The notes under the pieces were generated by a model. The model was not told the origin of the DNA. It searched no databases and saw only the letters and a list, made by a program, of their open reading frames with translations. A stretch of DNA of 64,000 nt, taken from positions 6,200,001 to 6,264,000 of the forward strand of contig CATNEN010000002.1 in assembly GCA_950097015.1 (NCBI GenBank), given 5' to 3'. Positions 21,823 to 34,131 of this stretch are shown piece after piece. The translations under genes and the position numbers were made by a program. This DNA comes from Macrostomum hystrix. Lineage: Eukaryota; Animalia; Platyhelminthes. Each line of letters starts with the position of its first letter. Within the stretch, counting starts at the first letter, position 1.

Positions 21823-23034
21823 TGCTTAGTGAGCTATGCTTAACTGGCTAGCCACAGAACTGTCTATGGTCAATGATTACAGATGAGCACACAGCTCAAT
21901 GGGGACTCGAGCACAGCTGAAAGTTTGAGAAGCTTGAATAAAATAGGATTCTATTATCAGCTCATGCTAGGGCTTACTATTGTTATCTAATAAATTTTTG
22001 AAAAAAAAGTTATAAGACATTCTCAAAAATATTATATTTGCTTATTTCATTAAAGCACTATGCTAGTAAACAAGCAATAACTGAAAACAAACTCGAAAGT
22101 TTAAAATATTTTTCTATTAAAAATATAAAGTAGATTCATCATCATTATTTGCCTATATATATATATATATATATATTAGTGAGTTATATATATAGCCAAA
22201 TAATGAAGATTAATATACTTTTTATTTATACATATTATATAACAAATATTTATACTGATACTAATGACATGCAAAAATATTCCAACATTTAAATAATTAT
22301 ATTAAGTTAAAGATTAAGAAGAGTTAAAGAGAAGAACTGGAAATATGATGAGGGAAGACAGTGAAAACATGCCATGTACCAAATGTATAGGCCAAATTTG
22401 ATTTATTTGACATAACTAAAAGCTACACTAGAGGTTGCTACCAACTAAAGCTATATCTTATCATGAGTTTGTAATTAAATTAAGAGTAAAAACATGAGCT
22501 AAATTAGACTAGACTGGCATTGATGAGTTGAGGCAAGAGACAAATAAAATTTGGTGGTAACTGTCCACATCGGCAACATAAACTTTAGTAACAAATAAAA
22601 TAGACTATATAATACATGTTTAGTCATTTGTCTAAAGCATAAAAAGACAGTTTCAGTCATTTAAATAATGTTTTTAGATAGTAAGTACATTTTTTCAACT
22701 TAAAAATTATTTTCAATAATAATTCAATATAAATTTTCAATATTAAAATTAATGATTCAATTTGTTTAAAGTAAAAACTGAAAGAAACAATGACTCAAAT
22801 TTTACTTGCATACACAAGTTAAAGTGCTGACTTTGACAGAAAGTACAAAAATGAATTGCAAATGTTTTTAAAAAATCAATATAAAAAGACAAATAATTTT
22901 TACTTAGAGACTTTGTGTCATAAGTGGCATGGGATTAAAGAGATTTCAGAAGTGGCATAGACACTTTTGAGCATTAAATCAATGCCTTGTCAGACAAGTG
23001 AATTTTACATTTAAGCACTAGTTCAAGTTGAATG

Positions 23035-23347
23035 CAGAGGTTGTAGCCTAGTGGTTAGGGTGTCGGACTCACGACTTGAAGGTCGGGGGTTCGATTCCCG
23101 ACTCCACTGGAACAATTTGCGTCCTTTAGCAAGACACTTAACTCTGCATTGCTTCAGTTCACCCAGCTGTTAAATGGGTACCAGCATGAGCTGGGATAAT
23201 TGAAGGTGGGTGTGGCGTCCCCCCAGTCCGTGGACTGAACAGCTGTACACAGCCTTCAGATGCGCCACGCATTAGCTGCGGCTGTGCTGTCGGCTGCACA
23301 TCTGACCCAATTGGGGCAGGTGTAATCAATTATCAATTATTACAATA
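23035..23347 (+). mobile_element. Full-length tRNA-derived SINE with target-site duplication
   Basis: A box TAGCCTAGTGG, B box GGTTCGATTCC, core-like GTCCTTTAGCAAGACACTTAACTC, CACCCAGCTGTTAAATGGGTACC motif and ATT-rich tail. Flanked by TCAAGTTGAATG (23023-23034) and TCAAGTCGAATG (23348-23359). Confidence 0.9.
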
Positions 23348-25545
23348 TCAAGTCGAATGGGATTGAAAAGGGTTTAACGAATAGACAAATACCAAGTCTG
23401 TTATTGGTGTTAAAGTGGTTGTTGTTATTACTAAAGTGGATTGTATTTTGCAAGAATTGTTGAGCTCTATTAAATGCAATAGAGATTAGAGTACAAAATA
23501 GAAATAGTTTACCTATAACCTAGGTCTAGTAAAACAGAAACATTCTGTACATATTATATACCTATTAGAGCAATAGAGATTAGAGTACAAAATAGTTTAC
23601 CTATAACCTAGGTCTAGTAAAACAGAAACATTCTGTACATATTATATATTATATTATAGGCCTAGATAATGCTACATATTAGCCTCCAATTCAAATTGTC
23701 ATATTATGTATTGTTATATTATGTACAGTAACATTTCTGAAAGTTTGACAAAATCTTCATTGCAAATTTATTCAATAGCTTTACTGCTCCAAATATATAA
23801 TAAACAGAAGTTGTCATATTTGTTTGCCCTAATTGGCTCCACTTCACCTCTGCATCACCACATTAAGTTTTCTGCAATTGAACTTTCGAATTCCACTAAT
23901 TTAATTAAAGGTTGCTACTGAACCTAACATGCATTAAAAAACATTTTAGGTCCCTAATTATGCTTGTTAATGAATGATAACACACAATTTTGCTTATTTT
24001 AGCAGAAAAATATAAATATAAAAAAATTCTAACAAAAAGATTGTTAGCCACCAGGTCTTAAAATATTGAAACAAATGCATTAAATAAAAAACATAAAAAG
24101 TACAATTTTTTGTAAATATGTTTGTAAATACAGCTAAACAAAATTGTCATAATGATCCCTATTGTATTGGAAAAAGTTAAAAATTCTCAGACGATGTATG
24201 GCATGCTTTTTGGATTTTTCTAAAGTGCAGTATTCATTTCCTACTTAAGTGCTACTTGAAAAGACTTAAGCAGCTCCAGCAGAAAAGGGCATGGAGTGGC
24301 CACAAATAGCACAAACCTTCTTGACCATGGGGTGGCGCTAGGCTAAAGTGCACCTTTCTCAATCCTCCTTAATTCTAAAGTGCGCATCCATGGGTTTTCA
24401 ACATTTATTCCGATAGGAATAATGATTGCACTGAACAGAATCAAGCTGAGATCCAACTTGTCATCTAGATATGATGATTTAGAATATAACATTTTCAGCT
24501 GTAACCCTATATTACATAGCTACTATTTATATAGATCTCAATTTTATTTATATGAATAAAAAATGATTTAGCTGGTCCCTCCTTGCTCCAAATTTGTTGG
24601 AGCAAGGAGGGGCTAGGAAAAGCAAGGACAGCAAATAAAGCAGGGAAAGTAAAGGCCTATAGATAACAAATTTATTGAATCTGAGTTAGAATGTAATGAA
24701 CACATAGCTCAGCACTAAACAGATGGATGCTAGGCCTATATTATGAAAATTTATTTGCAAATTCATTTTATTTAAATCATACTTTAGAATCAAGGCTAGT
24801 AGGCTATAGGCCTATAGCCTATAGATTGTTTAATAAAACTATTAATTGTGCTATACTCATTAATAAATCAAGTTTAGTCTGAATATTGGCACAATGACAG
24901 TAATGCCTTAGAATATTTGTGTTAAAATATTAATAATAATAACAATAATAGTAATAATAGGCACTGCTTACTTTGTAAACTTAGAAAATAGAATTAAATA
25001 AAAAAACAAACAACGATAACCTTAGCCTATAGCAAACAAGGGTAGTAGCAAAAGCAAATGGCTAGGCCTATTGTTCGAATGTCAGAACAAAAAAACAAGT
25101 CCACCGTCACTGCCGTCAGAGAGCAAAGAAAGAAGAAAGAAGGACATTGCGTCAAAAAAAGAAATGAATTAAAGAAGCCAGTCAGATTTTCTATAATTTA
25201 CGGCTTCGACAAATAGTAAAAAAACAAAGAATTGCAAATATGTGACACAAAGAAAGCATATTCGTTTCTTAACTCGAGGGTTTATTATAAAAACGTATTT
25301 TCTTTTGTTCTCTATACTTTTTAGACGATTGTTTGTACTATATTTAAGAGTTTCTTGTGTTTTCAGTTTCCTGCCGCTTTTGGGTTTTTTAACAATTCCA
25401 CATTGGACCCTATTTTGGCAGTTTATACTCTTTATGTGACAGAAGCCGAAGGTCACAGAACTAACTTCCAAAGCTCAGTTTAAAAGTATAAAGAAAAACA
25501 CAGACGTTCATTCCTGAAGAAAAGCATTTTATGCTTCACAGCATC

Positions 25546-26780
25546 ATGGCCCTGACTGGAATTCATGACTGCACGCGGGTAAGCGTTTGTTTTATTCATG
25601 ACTATTGCTAGCTTAGTACTTGAATTCCAGATCATTGACCCACTCAATATGAAAGGAAAATAATTTCACCATTTCGTTGGTGGTACCTTAAAAATTTATT
25701 TTATTTGTGTTGTTTCAATTGACAGTTCAATAAACTAATCTTGCTATATTAAATTTAAACCAAAGCTCTACGAAGAGAACGATCGGCTAAAAAAGCGGAT
25801 CCAACAGTTGAGAGCAGAGCGCGCCGCCTTAGAGAGCGAACTGGCCGGCTTTCGCGAGCGACAGCGCATTGAAGACATCCTTGACGGACATGTGCGCAAG
25901 CGAACGTGAGTTGCATAAGTTGATTAAAGTACATCTGGACCATCTCACTATTCATAGCATCGCTGCGGTCTACGAACTTCAGCTCCATGACGCAGACTGA
26001 GCCCTGCGAGCTGGATGGCAGCCGTCGAGGCGGACGGAAGGCAACCGAGAGCGAGATAGTGGAGAAGCTGATCACGATGCAGCAGCAGGCGAGGATTCTG
26101 TACGAGAAAGAGTTAAAGAAAGGCGCTGACCACGTTCAGATGATCACTGCTCAGAATGTGAGCTCTGATTGCCTTTAGCCCACTCCCTTCCTCAGGAAGT
26201 AGCGTTAGCTCAAGAATTAACTGGCTCAAATATTACTCTTTCAGGGGAAAATTCTTGAACTGCAAAAAGATCTGACAAAAGCTGAGCGGCAGGTGAAACA
26301 ACTGGAGAATGACAAGGTGAAGCTAAAGAAGCAACTGTCTGCTGTGTCTGGTAAGGGATATGTTAGATGATCTGTCAAACATGATTGCTTGTAATATTCT
26401 TATTTCAAGATTTTCGTTTCCCGCCTCCCCTCGACGCCTCCGCAACTGACAGACTCGCGGGTGCAGTCGCTGCTCCAAAAGATTGAAGCCCTGAAGGAGG
26501 AAAATGCTAACCTCAGGTCCGAGCTTCGCGGACTCGACAGTGTAAGTTGCTTTTAAATTGGCGCCAAAATACTTCGGCATTTAAAGATTAATAAAATCCA
26601 TAAAAATTAATTCTTGCACATCTTCAGGACTTTTTCAACGAAATCGAGGATATCAAATTCGCCCTAGACCAGGCTGTCCGTCTCAATCAGCGCTACGAGA
26701 AGTGCCTCCAGCATCTTTGCGCAAAGTACAACATCCCGCTTGACTCTTACCAGGCTGGGTTGCGACAAGGTTCGGCCTGA
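25546..26780 (+). CDS. Small coiled-coil protein (231 aa) with a CEP290-like C-terminal motif
   Basis: join(25546-25578,25766-25905,25983-26157,26245-26350,26453-26541,26628-26780), all GT-AG and in phase. Heptad-rich; LRSELRGLDSDFFNEIEDIKF resembles the FFEEIEDLKY motif I recall from the CEP290 C-terminus. The first exon/ATG is less certain. Confidence 0.75.
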
Positions 26781-27364
26781 TATGCTGTTGCCATGGAGAC
26801 AGTCAGCTAGAAATGTCTTAGATTGCTTATTCATGTAAAATGCTCCAGGTGAACAAAGAAATGAGCAATTTTTAACTGTTTAGTTTATTGCAACAATGTA
26901 TCCATTTTTACTCATGAAGTTCTCATTCAGTTCATTTTCTTCTATTGTAATTAAATTGCTCACTAAATAAATGTATATTTCAGGCATTTAATGCATATTT
27001 CGAACAGTGTACGTGCTATGAAATTTTCTTTTTATCATAATCATTTTTACATGCTACTGCTAGTAGCCAGCGGCAAGTTTGTAATCGACGAATTTTGTAA
27101 CATAAATATTTTATTTGTCAAAACTTCTCAAAAATGCCATGCACTCACGAATTCACTTCTTAAAAAACTTATCCCAGCATGCAAGCTGAAAAATTCTTCC
27201 TGAACATCCTGTATTAGAATTATGCTAGCACTGCGCACTAACAGTTCTTGCTGGCCTGAACTCTTGATTCTTAATTAACGCCTCAGGTATCCCACTGCTG
27301 TTATTGGAGCCTGTCGCAAATTATTCACTTTATTCAATGTGGGAAGATCAGGTCTTCGGCGATA

Positions 27365-30300
27365 AATGAGAGATGAGACATGCGAAATGTGAGACTGGGG
27401 AGAGATGAGACAAACGAACTATGAGACTGGGGAGAGATGATACAAAGGAGAGATGAGACAGGGGAGAGATGAGACAGAGGAGAGATGAGACAGAGGAGAG
27501 ATGAGGCAGAAAAGAGATGAGACAGAGGAGAGATGAGACAGAGGAGAGATGAGACAGAGGAGAGATGAGGCAGAAAAGAGATGAGACAGAGGAGAGATGA
27601 GGCAGAGGAGAGATGAGGCAGAGGAGAGATGAGACAGAGGAGAGATGAGACAGAGGAGAGATGAGACAGAGGAGAGATGAGACAGAGGAGAGATGAGGCA
27701 GAGGAGAGATGAGACAGAGGAGAGATGAGACAGAGGAGAGATGAGACAGAGGAGTGATGAGACAGAGGAGAGATGAGACAGAGGAGAGATGAGACAGAGG
27801 AGAGATGAGACAGAGGAGAGATGAGACAGAGGAGTGATGAGACAGAGGAGAGATGAGACAGAGGAGAGATGAGACAGAGGAGAGATGAGACAGAGGAGAG
27901 ATGAGACAGGGGAGAGATGAGGCAGAGGAGAGATGAGACAGAGGAGAGATGAGGCAGAGGAGAGATGAGGCAGAGGAGAGATGAGGCAGAGGAGAGATGA
28001 GACAGAGGAGAGATGAGGCAGAGGAGTGATGAGACAGAGGAGAGATGAGGCAGAGGAGAGATGAGACAGAGGAGAGATGAGGCAGAGGAGAGATGAGACA
28101 GGGGAGAGATGAGGCAGAGGAGAGATGAGACAGAGGAGAGATGAGACAGAGGAGAGATGAGACAGAGGAGAGATGAGACAGGGGAGAGATGAGACAGAGG
28201 AGAGATGAGACAGAGGAGAGATGAGACAGAGGAGAGATGAGACAGGGGAGAGATGAGGCAGAGGAGAGATGAGGCAGAGGAGAGATGAGACAGAGGAGTG
28301 ATGAGACAGAGGAGAGATGAGACAGAGGAGAGATGAGACAGGGGAGAGATGAGACAGAGGAGAGATGAGACAGGGGAGAGATGAGACAGAGGAGAGATGA
28401 GACAGAGGAGAGATGAGACAGAGGAGAGATGAGACAGAGGAGAGATGAGGCAGAGGAGAGATGAGACAGAGGAGAGATGAGACAGAGGAGAGATGAGACA
28501 GAGGAGAGATGAGACAGAGGAGAGATGAGACAGAGGAGAGATGAGACAGAGGAGAGATGAGACAGAGGAGAGATGAGACAGGGGAGAGATGAGACAGAGG
28601 AGAGATGAGACAGAGGAGAGATGAGACAGAGGAGAGATGAGACAGGGGAGAGATGAGGCAGAGGAGAGATGAGGCAGAGGAGAGATGAGACAGAGGAGTG
28701 ATGAGACAGAGGAGTGATGAGACAGAGGAGAGATGAGACAGAGGAGAGATGAGACAGAGGAGAGATGAGACAGGGGAGAGATGAGACAGAGGAGAGATGA
28801 GACAGAGGAGAGATGAGACAGAGGAGAGATGAGACAGGGGAGAGATGAGGCAGAGGAGAGATGAGGCAGAGGAGAGATGAGACAGAGGAGAGATGAGACA
28901 GGGGAGAGATGAGACAGAGGAGAGATGAGGCAGGGGAGAGATGAGGCAGGGGAGAGATGAGACAGAGGAGAGATGAGACAGGGGAGAGATGAGGCAGGGG
29001 AGAGATGAGACAGAGGAGAGATGAGACAGGGGAGAGATGAGACAGAGGAGAGATGAGACAGGGGAGAGATGAGGCAGGGGAGAGATGAGACAGAGGAGAG
29101 ATGAGACAGGGGAGAGATGAGACAGAGGAGAGATGAGACAGGGGAGAGATGAGACAGGGGAGAGATGAGGCAGGGGAGAGATGAGACAGAGGAGAGATGA
29201 GACAGGGGAGAGATGAGACAGAGGAGAGATGAGACAGAGGAGAGATGAGGCAGAGGAGAGATGAGGCAGAGGAGAGATGAGACAGAGGAGAGATGAGACA
29301 GAGGAGAGATGAGACAGAGGAGAGATGAGACAGAGGAGAGATGAGACAGGGGAGAGATGAGGCAGAGGAGAGATGAGACAGAGGAGAGATGAGACAGAGG
29401 AGAGATGAGACAGAGGAGAGATGAGACAGAGGAGAGATGAGACAGAGGAGAGATGAGACAGAGGAGTGATGAGACAGAGGAGAGATGAGACAGAGGAGTG
29501 ATGAGACAGAGGAGAGATGAGACAGAGGAGAGATGAGACAGAGGAGAGATGAGACAGAGGAGAGATGAGACAGAGGAGTGATGAGACAGAGGAGAGATGA
29601 GACAGAGGAGAGATGAGACAGAGGAGAGATGAGACAGAGGAGAGATGAGACAGAGGAGTGATGAGACAGAGGAGAGATGAGACAGAGGAGAGATGAGACA
29701 GAGGAGAGATGAGACAGAGGAGAGATGAGGCAGAGGAGAGATGAGACAGAGGAGAGATGAGACAGGAGAGATGAGACAGAGGAGAGATGAGACAGAGGAG
29801 AGATGAGACAGAGGAGAGATGAGGCAGAAAAGAGATGAGACAGAGGAGAGATGAGGCAGAGGAGAGATGAGGCAGAGGAGAGATGAGGCAGAGGAGAGAT
29901 GAGACAGAGGAGAGATGAGGCAGAGGAGAGATGAGACAGAGGAGAGATGAGGCAGAGGAGAGATGAGACAGAGGAGAGATGAGGCAGAGGAGAGATGAGA
30001 CAGGGGAGAGATGAGGCAGAGGAGAGATGAGACAGAGGAGAGATGAGACAGAGGAGAGATGAGACAGAGGAGAGATGAGACAGGGGAGAGATGAGACAGA
30101 GGAGAGATGAGACAGAGGAGAGATGAGACAGAGGAGAGATGAGACAGGGGAGAGATGAGGCAGAGGAGAGATGAGGCAGAGGAGAGATGAGACAGAGGAG
30201 TGATGAGACAGAGGAGAGATGAGACAGAGGAGAGATGAGACAGGGGAGAGATGAGACAGAGGAGAGATGAGACAGGGGAGAGATGAGACAGAGGAGAGAT

Positions 30301-31770
30301 GAGACAGAGGAGAGATGAGACAGGGGAGAGATGAGACAGAGGAGAGATGAGACAGAGGAGAGATGAGACAGAGGAGAGATGAGACAGGGGAGAGATGAGG
30401 CAGAGGAGAGATGAGGCAGAGGAGAGATGAGACAGAGGAGTGATGAGACAGAGGAGTGATGAGACAGAGGAGAGATGAGACAGAGGAGAGATGAGACAGA
30501 GGAGAGATGAGACAGGGGGAGAGATGAGACAGAGGAGAGATGAGACAGAGGAGAGATGAGACAGAGGAGAGATGAGACAGGGGAGAGATGAGGCAGAGGA
30601 GAGATGAGGCAGAGGAGAGATGAGACAGAGGAGAGATGAGACAGGGGAGAGATGAGACAGAGGAGAGATGAGGCAGGGGAGAGATGAGGCAGGGGAGAGA
30701 TGAGACAGAGGAGAGATGAGACAGGGGAGAGATGAGGCAGGGGAGAGATGAGACAGAGGAGAGATGAGACAGAGGAGAGATGAGACAGAGGAGAGATGAG
30801 ACAGAGGAGTGATGAGACAGAGGAGAGATGAGACAGAGGAGAGATGAGACAGAGGAGAGATGAGACAGAGGAGAGATGAGACAGAGGAGTGATGAGACAG
30901 AGGAGAGATGAGACAGAGGAGAGATGAGACAGAGGAGAGATGAGACAGAGGAGAGATGAGACAGAGGAGAGATGAGACAGAGGAGTGATGAGACAGAGGA
31001 GAGATGAGACAGAGGAGAGATGAGACAGAGGAGAGATGAGACAGAGGAGAGATGAGACAGAGGAGAGATGAGACAGAGGAGAGATGAGACAGAGGAGTGA
31101 TGAGACAGAGGAGAGATGAGACAGAGGAGAGATGAGACAGAGGAGAGATGAGACAGAGGAGAGATGAGACAGAGGAGTGATGAGACAGAGGAGAGATGAG
31201 ACAGAGGAGAGATGAGACAGAGGAGAGATGAGACAGAGGAGAGATGAGACAGGGGAGAGATGAGGCAGAGGAGAGATGAGACAGAGGAGAGATGAGACAG
31301 AGGAGAGATGAGACAGAGGAGAGATGAGACAGAGGAGTGATGAGACAGAGGAGAGATGAGACAGAGGAGAGATGAGACAGAGGAGAGATGAGACAGAGGA
31401 GAGATGAGACAGAGGAGAGATGAGACAGAGGAGAGATGAGACAGAGGAGAGATGAGACAGAGGAGTGATGAGACAGAGGAGAGATGAGACAGAGGAGAGA
31501 TGAGACAGAGGAGAGATGAGACAGAGGAGAGATGAGACAGAGGAGTGATGAGACAGAGGAGAGATGAGACAGAGGAGAGATGAGACAGAGGAGAGATGAG
31601 ACAGAGGAGAGATGAGACAGGGGAGAGATGAGGCAGAGGAGAGATGAGACAGAGGAGAGATGAGACAGAGGAGAGATGAGACAGAGGAGAGATGAGACAG
31701 AGGAGAGATGAGACAGAGGAGAGATGAGACAGAGGAGAGATGAGACAGAGGAGAGATGAGACAGAGGAGA
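27365..31770. repeat. Large purine-rich minisatellite, 16-bp unit (GAGACAGAGGAGAGAT), about 4.4 kb
   Basis: Directly visible; the 48-nt (16-aa) period explains the 1492-aa minus-strand ORF. Confidence 0.97.
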
Positions 31771-32070
31771 GATACAGTGCTGTATGAGCAGCGCATCTGT
31801 CCCTGCACTGGATCTCTGGAACTCATTGGGCTATGCAGTTTGTTAAAGGGAATCTATTTACGCATGATATTTTCGTCCCATCTTATTGGCAGCTCATTGC
31901 CATAGACAATTTTTTTTTAGAAATACTTAAATGTCAAAACCAAGTAAAGAAGATAAATTCACAGATTCTATATTACGGTAATATAGAATCTGTGGCTAAA
32001 TTAGCTAAAGCGACTTTTTGTTGTAATTTTCATCAGTAAAGAAAGAAAGGAAAGCATTTTTGCCGTGAAC

Positions 32071-32223
32071 ATGGGGCATTTATGGTCGAGCACCGAATTA
32101 GTTTCATCTTCAATTTACTATGCGCTGGTGGCCTTAGTGATGGCCTTCCTAGTCATCTTGTTCAGCCTGCTGCAGTTCAGTCTGACCACTGCGGCATTGA
32201 GCGCACAACCCGAGGATGAATGA
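32071..32223 (+). CDS. Candidate 50-aa single-TM microprotein
   Basis: ATG-to-TGA ORF MGHLWSSTELVSSSIYYALVALVMAFLVILFSLLQFSLTTAALSAQPEDE in a locally GC-richer island; below the ORF-track cutoff. Confidence 0.45.
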   Translation: MGHLWSSTELVSSSIYYALVALVMAFLVILFSLLQFSLTTAALSAQPEDE

Positions 32224-32434
32224 CTAGCTATCGATTCTTGCCGTAATTTTTCAGAACTCAATGTAAATGCTGTTTGCTTATTAGTTGCTTACTGTTAGCT
32301 TTACTCGAAATCTAACCTATTACAAACAAATTCGTTGTATGACCAGATGTTAACAACTGCTAAAATACTAGCGTACTGTTGTTTGTGAACACTTCTGCAG
32401 AATTCTTTTCGTTGAAAGTTCTCACATGATTTTA

Positions 32435-32625
32435 GTGGATGTCAGGCAAAGTGGATGTCAGGGAGAGCGGATGTCAGGGAGAGCGGATGTCAGGGAGAGT
32501 GGATGTCAGGAAGAGCGGATGTCAGGGAGAGCGGATGTCAGGGAGAGCGGATGTCACGGAGAGCGGATGTCAGGGAGAGCGGATATCAGGGAGAGCGGAT
32601 GTCAGGGAGAGCGGATGTCAGGGGA
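32435..32625. repeat. Minisatellite, 16-bp unit (GAGCGGATGTCAGGGA)
   Basis: Directly visible tandem array. Confidence 0.95.
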
Positions 32626-32937
32626 GAAAGTTCGTAAATCCTTTTGCTTTACATGTAATTTAAAGTATTTAATGCAATTTATCTAAAAGTTAATTGTAAT
32701 TTATGTAAAAAATGGTAGAACCGAACGAAATGCAAATGGATGTTATTATTTTGTTTATTAATCATTCAGGACTCAGAACCAACATCGAGCTGGATTCGAC
32801 AACATGCAATCATCCAAATATGATCAAAGTTAATTTAACTTACTCGATCAGACAAAACTGATTCATTTCGTTAACTATAATAAACAAATAATGTTCGTTC
32901 TTGTAGACGTGCAGTCTTAAATTAGCGCTGATTCAAA

Positions 32938-33207
32938 TTACCGAAAACTGTGCGACGACTTGGAAATTCTGGATCTGTCAAACCGGTAAGTTGACCTCCT
33001 TAGCGAGTCCAAATGAGTCATCTCCTTCTTCTCACTCTCACCGCAGCACATGATTACGCAGGCAAACATGGTGAAGACTGTCACCGCAAAAATGTACGTG
33101 ATGCCAGCGATCACAACAATGAGCTGCACCAGCTCCTGATTTATACCGTTGAAGGCATTGTCCAGAAAGTTGGCGTTTGAAATGATATTTAGCATGATGT
33201 GTTGCAT
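32938..33207 (-). CDS. Candidate small single-TM protein (~89 aa)
   Basis: ATG at 33207. TM segment LIVVIAGITYIFAVTVFTMFACVIMCC followed by a charged tail; GC-richer coding-like composition. Confidence 0.55.
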   Translation of the reverse strand: MQHIMLNIISNANFLDNAFNGINQELVQLIVVIAGITYIFAVTVFTMFACVIMCCGESEKKEMTHLDSLRRSTYRFDRSRISKSSHSFR

Positions 33208-33672
33208 GGGACAGAAATACGGGCGATTATTCACTCAGACTTTTTTATCTTAACGGAATGATAAAAACCGATTTGCTCCTCAGGACCATAGACAGTGCAA
33301 TACTAGATTGAAGAAACTTTTATTTTTCTTTTTTTCTGCTTTGTTGCTTGCTGCTCGTATTGTGCTTCATGATTAGTAAACGAAAAAATACAAATCAATT
33401 ATGAATGAATGAAGCTGTCCAAAATTCGTTGAAGCAACATGTTTTGCAACAGATATGAAAGGAACAGAATTTGAGCTGATCCAGTAAAAAGTTACCAATA
33501 TTTTTATGTAAAAAACGACAAAAGTTCCCATCTCGCAAGTACATTTTACCGTGAAAATCAGCCTTGAATAATTTTTCAAGAAACGAAGTGTGTCGTCTTT
33601 CCTCTTCTAGTGGTCCTTAACGAGACCTCGCACGTTATATACTCATACCTTTCTCGACTTGACAAGCTAAAT

Positions 33673-34131
33673 ATGCTTCAAAGTGGCGTACTCCCCGTTT
33701 TTAGCGAATTAAGCAGTCTGCTCAGAGAGAAGATCAATGTGCTCAATTTTTCTGAAGCTATGCTGACCGCTCTGATGTCTCTGCGGTTAAGCTTTATGAG
33801 AGCTTTACTTACGCAGGTTGTGCGAATTACAGAGGAGACCACGCGGCCCTGGACTGGACAGTTCTGGGTGTTGGACCATCTCTCCTGGTGTTTCGATTCC
33901 ATCCAGTGCGTTATGGTGCAGATGACAGAGGATGGTATCGGGGCCCTGGTCCCGGGCCTGTTCGGGAGCCGGCTGCTCCAGCTCTCGCGGGCTGGTCCGC
34001 CTTCTCGTTTCCCGGGAAGCCCACGTGACCAGGTCGGATCCACTTCTTCAGTCCCCACCGAATTGGACTGCGCTAGCCCGTTAGTGGAAGTACGGTCGAG
34101 TGTCCTGAGGGCAGACAGGCTATTGGAATGA
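33673..34131 (+). CDS. Uncharacterised ORF or exon (152 aa from ATG 33673)
   Basis: Non-repetitive GC-rich open frame in an AT-rich background; no recognised domain. Confidence 0.3.
   Translation: MLQSGVLPVFSELSSLLREKINVLNFSEAMLTALMSLRLSFMRALLTQVVRITEETTRPWTGQFWVLDHLSWCFDSIQCVMVQMTEDGIGALVPGLFGSRLLQLSRAGPPSRFPGSPRDQVGSTSSVPTELDCASPLVEVRSSVLRADRLLE

Noticed and set aside
23035-23110. tRNA gene
   Set aside because: A and B boxes are present, but there is no proper acceptor stem and the sequence continues into a SINE body with tail and TSD.
23474-23650. Two-copy ~90-bp tandem duplication
   Set aside because: Ordinary local duplication in AT-rich intronic DNA.
27348-31826. 1492-aa minus-strand ORF, and the other long repeat ORFs at 6452, 9216, 39415, 42968, 44898, 50259, 52178, 58472 and 60088-63518
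   Set aside because: Translations of minisatellites whose units lack stop codons; several frames and strands are open simultaneously and there is no non-repetitive domain.
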